Positions 57,825-64,000 of a DNA stretch of 64,000 nt are shown piece after piece (position 1 is the first letter of the stretch; every line of letters begins with the position of its first letter). Below the pieces are notes generated by a model. That model did no database searches. It was given only the letters and a program-made list of their open reading frames with translations, and had not been told where the DNA came from. Position numbers and translations under genes: made by a program. This DNA comes from Planctomycetota bacterium (GTDB taxonomy: Bacteria > Planctomycetota > B15-G4): positions 222,823 to 286,822 of the forward strand of contig JBBQUR010000002.1 of assembly GCA_038212275.1 (NCBI GenBank), in the 5' to 3' direction.

Positions 57825-58110
57825 TTCGTTCCTTGACCTTGCAGGACAACCGCTGAACCGAGGCCGTCGCCAACGCCGCGTCCGTCGACGCTCGTCGCCA
57901 GCTCCACCCGGAGTCCGGCGCCACATGGATCGGGATCGCCGGAGCTCATGCCATGTTCGGAGCCTCGTCGTGCAGCGCAGAGATCGCGGCCTGCGCCCGG
58001 CAGCTGCCGCGGCGCAAGGCCTCGCTGGTGTGCGACGTGCTCGACCAGGAATGCTTCGCGAAGTCGCTCGACCTCGCGGATTTCGCATGCCTTTTCGCCA
58101 ACGTATGATG
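57825..58110 (+). pseudogene. Degraded GNAT acetyltransferase remnant
   Basis: No start codon. One frame reads TEAVANAASVDARRQLHPESGATWIGIAGAHAMF and another AAAQG...ARPG...RGFR; recalled similarity to the N- and C-termini of one GNAT family. Frameshifted. Confidence 0.4.
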
Positions 58111-58177
58111 CGTGGGCGGATCGGGCGCAACGAGGGCTGCCCGCCCTGATCGAAGCGCCCACGGGAGGGAAATCCAC

Positions 58178-58609
58178 ATGTCGCACCCGGTCGTCGAACC
58201 CTATCTCTTCTTCGGTGGTCGCTGTGACGAAGCGCTCGCCTTCTACCGCACCGCACTCGGCGCGACGGTGGGCATGGTGATGCGCTTCAGCGACAGCCCG
58301 GAGCCGATGCCGCCGGGCGTGCTGCAGCCCGGCTTCGAACACAAGGTCATGCACTCCAGCTTCGTGGTCGGCGGCACCACGATCATGGCGTCCGACGGTT
58401 GCGGCGAGGGCTCGGCCTTCAGCGGCTTTTCGCTGGCGCTGTCCGTCTCGACGGAAGCCGAGGCCGACCGCGCCTTTGCCGCACTCGCCGACGGCGGCAA
58501 GGTGACCATGCCGCTCGCCCGGACCTTCTGGTCCCCGCGCTACGGCATGGTCACGGATCGCTTCGGCGTCCTGTGGATGGTCATGGTGACGGCGCTCGTG
58601 AAGCACTGA
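58178..58609 (+). CDS. VOC/PhnB-family protein
   Basis: PYLFFGGRC.EAL.FY, VMHS, MASDG, FAALA.GG.V.MPL..TFW...YGM.TDRFGV.WM. Confidence 0.92.
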   Translation: MSHPVVEPYLFFGGRCDEALAFYRTALGATVGMVMRFSDSPEPMPPGVLQPGFEHKVMHSSFVVGGTTIMASDGCGEGSAFSGFSLALSVSTEAEADRAFAALADGGKVTMPLARTFWSPRYGMVTDRFGVLWMVMVTALVKH

Positions 58610-58679
58610 AGTCCCGCCGAGGGCGCGTGCCCGCGAGTCGTGCCGCCAGATCATCCGGCGTCCGCGAGACCCGATCGCG

Positions 58680-60266
58680 CTACTTCGCCGTCACCTCGAA
58701 CCACAGGCCATTGGTGAGCGACACCTTCGGGCCGGCCGGCAGCTGCGGGTCGGCGGACAGCGCCTGCAGGTGCAGGCGCGTGCCCACGCCGAGGGTCGTG
58801 AGGAGCGCGCCGTCGATCGGCAGATCGAAGCTCCCGTCGCAGAGGCCGGGGTCACCCGAACCTGCGCTGGTCGTGCCGCTCAGCGCGAGCCACGGCGGCA
58901 GCACGAGCACTTCACCGCCGAGACCGGGCAGCGACGCGGCCTGCAGGCCGACGAGCATCAGCAACGGTTGCTGGATGAGCAGATTGCCAGCGTGCACCAC
59001 GATGCCGGCGCCGCCCGCCGTCGGCGTGCCGCTGGCCGTCAGTGCCGGCAGACAGCCCAGCGAGTTGGTCCTGGCCGTGCCGTAGCCCGCGATCAGGCAG
59101 TGGCTGTTGCCGATGCTGATCTGGCCGGTGCTGTAGTCGCCGGCCCATGCATCCAGGTAGCCGTCGCCGTTCGTGTCCGCGAGCAGCACCTCGATGGTCT
59201 GCACCGTCGCCGGCACGCTGGCCGTCACCGCGAAGTGCCCGCTGCCATCGTTCGACAGCAGCCGTATCGCCATCGAGGAGCCGGTCGTCGCGAGCAGGTC
59301 GAGGTCGCCGTCGCGATCGAGGTCGCCGGCCGCGATGCCCTTGATGTAGTAGCCGGGGTTGAAGCTCTGCCCGACCGTGAAGTGCCCCGCGCCGTCGTTG
59401 AACCACGTGGACAGCGAGTACTTGCCGCCGCACGCGAAGTCAGTGTCCCCGTCGCCGTCCCAGTCGCCCTGCTCGAGGCCGGAGGCGTACGAGCTTGCGG
59501 GATAGTCCGAGGCCACGTTGACGAAGCTGCCGTCGCTCGCGCCGAGGGCGATGTTGACGCGCGACGCGCTGACGTATCCGCCCAGCTCGGCGACATCGAG
59601 GTTGCCGTCGCCATTGAAGTCCGCCGCCACCAGGTGATGCGCCGGCAGCGCGAGGTCGTGCGTCTTGGACAACGCGAAGCCGCCGGCGCCGTCGCCGAAT
59701 GCAACGAACACGCCGCCGGAGTAGCCGCCGTTCGACAGCGCGTGATTGGACACGCCGACGATCACGTCGACGTGGCCGTCACCGTTCACGTCGCCGGGGA
59801 TCACGGCCACGGAACCGAGGTCGGCGCTCGACAGGGCGACAGGCGCTGCGAGCGTGAAGTGCCCCGCGCCGTCGTTGCGCGCCAGCCGCAGCTGGTTCCG
59901 CAGGCCGAGCACGAGGTCGAGGTCGCCGTCGTCGTCGACGTCGACCAGCGCCAGCGCCGACGGCGAGTTGCCGACGGCCAGCGTCTGCTGCGTGAATCCG
60001 GCCGCACCGCCGTTGATGAGCAGGCGCACCTGGTTGGCGACGGAGTTGGCCGACACCACGTCGAGGTCGCCGTCGCCATCGATGTCCCCTGCCGCGAGAT
60101 CATCCACGCCGCCGCCAGCCTGCATGCCGGTGGCGGAGTACTCCACGAGCAAGGCATGTTCGCCAGGCAGCGACTGGGCGAGCGATGGCGCAGCGAGGCA
60201 CGCGAGTGCGAGGCCCCGGGCAAGAGGGCGCGAAAGCAGGAAACGACTCGTGTCGTGGACGCACAT
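58680..60266 (-). CDS. FG-GAP/VCBS repeat secreted protein with C-terminal YGT..NSLGC domain
   Basis: Signal peptide (SLAQ); about seven GDxDGDGDLD repeats; C-terminal domain ending QA..ADP...SLTNGL. Confidence 0.85.
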   Translation of the reverse strand: MCVHDTSRFLLSRPLARGLALACLAAPSLAQSLPGEHALLVEYSATGMQAGGGVDDLAAGDIDGDGDLDVVSANSVANQVRLLINGGAAGFTQQTLAVGNSPSALALVDVDDDGDLDLVLGLRNQLRLARNDGAGHFTLAAPVALSSADLGSVAVIPGDVNGDGHVDVIVGVSNHALSNGGYSGGVFVAFGDGAGGFALSKTHDLALPAHHLVAADFNGDGNLDVAELGGYVSASRVNIALGASDGSFVNVASDYPASSYASGLEQGDWDGDGDTDFACGGKYSLSTWFNDGAGHFTVGQSFNPGYYIKGIAAGDLDRDGDLDLLATTGSSMAIRLLSNDGSGHFAVTASVPATVQTIEVLLADTNGDGYLDAWAGDYSTGQISIGNSHCLIAGYGTARTNSLGCLPALTASGTPTAGGAGIVVHAGNLLIQQPLLMLVGLQAASLPGLGGEVLVLPPWLALSGTTSAGSGDPGLCDGSFDLPIDGALLTTLGVGTRLHLQALSADPQLPAGPKVSLTNGLWFEVTAK

Positions 60267-60290
60267 GGAAGGTCTCCTCGGGATGTCTGC

Positions 60291-60309
60291 GCAACCGCGA
60301 TTCGGTTGC
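60291..60309. promoter_or_regulatory. Palindrome upstream of the FG-GAP gene
   Basis: GCAACCG-CGATT-CGGTTGC, a perfect 7-5-7 inverted repeat about 25 bp upstream of the start. Confidence 0.35.
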
Positions 60310-60532
60310 CCCTCCGTGGTAGCGATTCACGGCAGCGCGCGGCGTGACGTCTCCGTCCTCCTGTGGGTGAACTCCTCCGCGCTCGGCCGCGGAGAAGTCC
60401 GCGCACACCGGGCAGACGCGCGCATGCCTCGCCGAGGCCGGCTCGAGGCGCGGGCCGACCCTGCCGGCTCGCACCTCGCGTCGCTCCATGGGAAGATCCG
60501 GCGATCCGGCCCCGCGTTGCAGGAGCGAGCTC

Positions 60533-61141
60533 GTGATCACGCTGAACCCCGTCACGCTCGAAGGCCATGGCATCCGCCTCGAGCCGCTCTCACCCGCTCA
60601 CGCGGACGGCCTCGGCACGGCTGCCGCCGACGGCCGGCTCTGGGAACTCTGGTTCACGCAGGTGCCGGAACCGCAGCAAGCCGGGGCTTACATCGCCACG
60701 GCGCTCGACGGCCTGCGCGCCGGACACATGCTGCCGTGGGCCGTGCGCGATCTCGCGACGGGCGAGCTCGTCGGCAGCACGCGCTACCACGACATCATGC
60801 CGGCGATCGATCGCGTGGAGATCGGCTACACGTGGTACGCCGCCAGCCGGCAGCGCACGCACGTCAACACCGCTGCCAAGCTGCTGCTGCTCGGCCACGC
60901 CTTCGACACGCTGGGCTGCGCGGTCGTCGGCCTGCGCACGGACGGCTTCAACTTCGCGTCGCAGAAGGCCATCGCCGCGCTCGGAGCGCACAAGGACGGC
61001 GTGATCCGCCACTTCGGCACGCGCCGCGACGGCAGCGTGCGCGACACCGTGATGTTCAGCATCCTCGCGACCGAGTGGCCCGACGTGCAGCGCCACCTTG
61101 CGACCCGACTCGCGCGGCACCGGGCCGAGCCCCCGCGCTGA
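60533..61141 (+). CDS. GNAT (RimJ/RimL-type) N-acetyltransferase
   Basis: IRLEPL...H, VGSTRY, VEIGYTW, NT..KLLLL.HAF, N..SQKAI..LGA..DG.IR; GTG start with AGGAG RBS. Confidence 0.9.
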   Translation: MITLNPVTLEGHGIRLEPLSPAHADGLGTAAADGRLWELWFTQVPEPQQAGAYIATALDGLRAGHMLPWAVRDLATGELVGSTRYHDIMPAIDRVEIGYTWYAASRQRTHVNTAAKLLLLGHAFDTLGCAVVGLRTDGFNFASQKAIAALGAHKDGVIRHFGTRRDGSVRDTVMFSILATEWPDVQRHLATRLARHRAEPPR

Positions 61142-61250
61142 GCTGCCGTCGAGGCACGGCCGGGCCCGCGCCTCGTGAAGCGCGGACCCGGCTGAAGACA
61201 CGGGCGATGCATCGAGCGGCGATCCGGCAAGCCGCTGGCCGCCCGACGGA

Positions 61251-62921
61251 TCAGTTGCCCTGCGAGATGCCGTAGATCGCGGTCGAGCCGGACACCTCGT
61301 TGGCCACCACCAGCAGCGGTTGACCATTGGGGCTGGCCGAGGCCGGTATCACGAACAGGCCCTCGGGGCCGAGGTCGCCGGCGGTGCCGGCCTGCGCATC
61401 GCCCGTGAAGTCGCGGCTGTTCACGTAGGTCGCAAGCACGGGAGCGTGCGGATCGGAGACGTCCAGGACGACGACGCCGCCCACGCGCTCCAGCCCGAGG
61501 AAAGCCCACGACTTTCCGAAGAGCCGCGCGGTCGCGACGCCTTCCGGCTCCGGGCCCTTGTTGTCGCTGCGCGTGTCGAAGGAGCCGTTCGCGTCGTTGG
61601 TGCAGTTGAACTCGCCGGGCAGCACGTCGGCGATGAGCGACTCGAGCTGCGCGCCGCCATCCCAGACCAGCTCGCCGGAGGTGCTCCAGATGGAGGCCGA
61701 GCGCGCACCGAAGACGTAGAGCGCGTCGAAGTCACCATCGCCGTCGGTGTCACCGTCGCGCGAGGACACGGTGAGCCGCCCGAGTTTCTTGCTGCCCTTC
61801 AGGTCGGCCGCATCGGGGAATGCCGTCGGGTCGAGCGTGAGCGTGGAGACGCGCGCTTCGTCCGAGAAGGCCTCCCAGTCGCGCGTGTCCCCTTCGTTCG
61901 CGGTGATCAGCCACGTCTTGCCCTGCGCGCTGAAGGCGGCGATGGCGTCCGGCATGAACATGCCGTGCACCGGCCAGTTCGCCAGCGTGATCGCCGAGTC
62001 CTTGTCGGACACGTCGAGTTCATTGCCCGGGAGAGAGTGGTCCTTGGTGCCCAGCGGCAGCAGCTCCAGGAACCTGCCGGCACGGATGTCGAGCACCGCC
62101 ACCGCATTGTTCTCCTGCAGCGTCACGTACGCCCGGCGCGAGTCGGCCGAGACGGCGATGTACTCGGGCTCGATGTCCTGCGACGGCAGCGGCGACGGGC
62201 CGCTGATGCGCACGCCCGCCGGAACCGAGCTCGGGATGAACGGCGGCAGGCCGTCCCAGGCCTCGAAGCCCGCGCGGACCACGTCGGCCGCGGTGATGCC
62301 GCCGACATTGGACTTCATCCGGATGATGCTCACCGAGCCGGCGGGGTCCACCGAGTAGTCGTCCGCGGGCTCGCCCTCGTTGGCGACGAGCAGCCAGCGT
62401 CCGTTGGGCGTGAAGGTCAGCATGTCCGGCTGGCTGCCCACCGGCACGCCGCCGCGCAGATTCCCGTTGGTGTCGAAGAAGACGACCGCGCCCGGAGCGG
62501 TCTTCGGGTCGGCCTCGATCGCCACGGCGACGACGCCCTTTTTCACCGCCACGCTGTTGGCGTGATCGCCGAAGGGCTTCACGTCGATGGAGAAGAGCAG
62601 CACCGGCAGCGAAGGATCGTGGATGTCGAGCACATCGATGGTGCCAGCGCCGGCATTCGTCACGAACAGGCGCTGCAGCGCAGGATCGTGCGCGGCGATC
62701 TCGGCCGCGGAGACGTTGAACTGTCCCGTCGCGTAGCCTCCCAGCTTCTCGAGCACGAGGCTGCCGGAGGTCATGTCCGACGCGAGGTTTCCATCCAGGG
62801 CGGGCTGCTGGCTGAAGCCGGACATGGCCAGCGTGCCCAGCGCAAACGCCACCGTCACCAGAAGGACCATGGCGAACGGAATCGTTTCGGACGACCTGGG
62901 CGTGCTCGGGATGTCGCTCAT
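61251..62921 (-). CDS. Choice-of-anchor I / alkaline-phosphatase-associated beta-propeller protein
   Basis: SAAEI.AHD...RLFVTN, PDMLTFTP.G, ANEGEP, EPEYI, MPDAIA, RSDNKGPEPEG, GLERVGG, GPEG, ANEVSG. Confidence 0.85.
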   Translation of the reverse strand: MSDIPSTPRSSETIPFAMVLLVTVAFALGTLAMSGFSQQPALDGNLASDMTSGSLVLEKLGGYATGQFNVSAAEIAAHDPALQRLFVTNAGAGTIDVLDIHDPSLPVLLFSIDVKPFGDHANSVAVKKGVVAVAIEADPKTAPGAVVFFDTNGNLRGGVPVGSQPDMLTFTPNGRWLLVANEGEPADDYSVDPAGSVSIIRMKSNVGGITAADVVRAGFEAWDGLPPFIPSSVPAGVRISGPSPLPSQDIEPEYIAVSADSRRAYVTLQENNAVAVLDIRAGRFLELLPLGTKDHSLPGNELDVSDKDSAITLANWPVHGMFMPDAIAAFSAQGKTWLITANEGDTRDWEAFSDEARVSTLTLDPTAFPDAADLKGSKKLGRLTVSSRDGDTDGDGDFDALYVFGARSASIWSTSGELVWDGGAQLESLIADVLPGEFNCTNDANGSFDTRSDNKGPEPEGVATARLFGKSWAFLGLERVGGVVVLDVSDPHAPVLATYVNSRDFTGDAQAGTAGDLGPEGLFVIPASASPNGQPLLVVANEVSGSTAIYGISQGN

Positions 62922-63107
62922 CGGAGGCTCCTGCTTCGAGGCTGCGCCGCCGGGCCCGGCCGCGTGACCGGGTGCGCCGGCTGGGCGCGAAGCGCAGGAG
63001 CTTCGTGCGCGAGCTTGAAGTTCCGCCGGTGTTCCCGATGAAGACTTCGTGATGAAGCGGGCACGCGGCAGGTCTGCGACGCGTGTGCGGTCCGGAGTCG
63101 AGGCGCG

Positions 63108-64000
63108 CTACTCCGTCGCGCCCGCCGCGAGCAGGAGCGCTGCGAAGTGCGGGTTGCCGTTTGCCTGCGCGAGGCGCAGCGGCGTGTCGCCATGCTCGTC
63201 CCGCGCCGTCAGATCGGCGCCGCTGGCAAGCAGCGCGGACAGCGTGTCCGTGCTGCCGTAGTCGACGACGGCCGCCCAGTGCAGCGGCGTGCGATCGCCC
63301 ACGAGGCGGTCGCGCGCCTCCAGGTCCACCCCGGCCTCCAGCAGCACGACGACGACGGCGGCCTGCCCGTCGATGACCGCGTTGGTGAGCGGCGTCGCGC
63401 CTTCGATCTCCGCCGTGGGGTCGGCCCCGCGCTTCACGAGTTCGCGCACCATCGCCGCATCGCCCTGCCACCCGGCAAGCGCCAGCGCCGTCTCGCCACC
63501 GCGTCCCTGCGCGTTGACGTCCGCACCGGCCGCCAGCAGCAGGTCCACCTTGCCGACGTCTCCGGAGATCGCGGCGAGACGCAGCGCCTCGCCGAGGTCC
63601 TCGACGCGCGATGGATCGTCGGCGGTGAGGGGCAGGAGCACCTCGAGCACGGGCAGGCCGCCCGAGGAGGCTGCGGCGACGAGCAAGGCGGTCTTGTCGA
63701 GCGCCGAGCGCGCGGAGGGGTCGGCGCCGTGATCGAGCAGCAGGCGCGTCCTGGCGAGATCACCCGCGGCGCAGAGCAAGGGCGTGAGTCCGCGCGCGCC
63801 GCGCTCGTTGGCGTCCGCGCCGGCTTCGAGCAGCGCCCGCATGGTTGAGATGTCTTCGTAAAGCGTGGCGCGGATCAACGGCGGGAGGCCGTCGTCGTCA
63901 GGCGTGGCTTCCGCGACAGCAGCCGATGCCGGCTGCGGCGCGGCCGCGGGCGCCGGGCTCGTGTCTGATCGCGGCAGACTCGTCGTGCGCGTCCAGATCG
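63108..64000 (-). CDS. Ankyrin-repeat protein, C-terminal part (start lies beyond the window)
   Basis: Repeated G.TPL..A...LL..GAD motifs; frame checked open from 63878 to the window end. Confidence 0.88.
   Translation of the reverse strand, partial: IWTRTTSLPRSDTSPAPAAAPQPASAAVAEATPDDDGLPPLIRATLYEDISTMRALLEAGADANERGARGLTPLLCAAGDLARTRLLLDHGADPSARSALDKTALLVAAASSGGLPVLEVLLPLTADDPSRVEDLGEALRLAAISGDVGKVDLLLAAGADVNAQGRGGETALALAGWQGDAAMVRELVKRGADPTAEIEGATPLTNAVIDGQAAVVVVLLEAGVDLEARDRLVGDRTPLHWAAVVDYGSTDTLSALLASGADLTARDEHGDTPLRLAQANGNPHFAALLLAAGATE

Overview
This is a very GC-rich bacterial chromosomal segment, probably from a planctomycete; that taxonomy is inferred from the rpoZ type and the FG-GAP and ASPIC-UnbV surface proteins. 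Most of the window is housekeeping: mlaFEDAC, cbs, ogt, a P-type ATPase, priA, pgpA-pgsA-rimO, ftsK, yicC-gmk-rpoZ, aroF-tpiA-secG-pyrE and prfC, plus two TA modules (hicBA, brnTA) and several secreted repeat proteins. The main discovery is a minus-strand porin-cytochrome cluster at 1-8.6 kb, a candidate extracellular electron transfer (EET) conduit. It encodes a lipoprotein beta-barrel, a 13-heme c3-like lipoprotein cytochrome, an oversized (1173 aa) MtrC/OmcA-like decaheme with a ~360-aa insert, an unknown accessory protein and a c554-like cytochrome. Three good sigma54 (-24/-12) promoters and one weaker one precede its genes, and a 34-bp element (27/34 identical) lies upstream of two of them. 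A second unexplained unit is a six-gene operon at 15.9-18.4 kb: a Cys-motif protein, two small paralogues, a nucleotidyltransferase, a kinase-like protein and an RDD remnant, divergent from a sulfotransferase. Also noted are internally deleted gene remnants, a catalytically degenerate PP2C, short tandem repeats and low-GC codon patches inside gspK. I saw no tRNA, rRNA, CRISPR array or transposase. Family assignments come from recognising motifs by eye, not from database searches.
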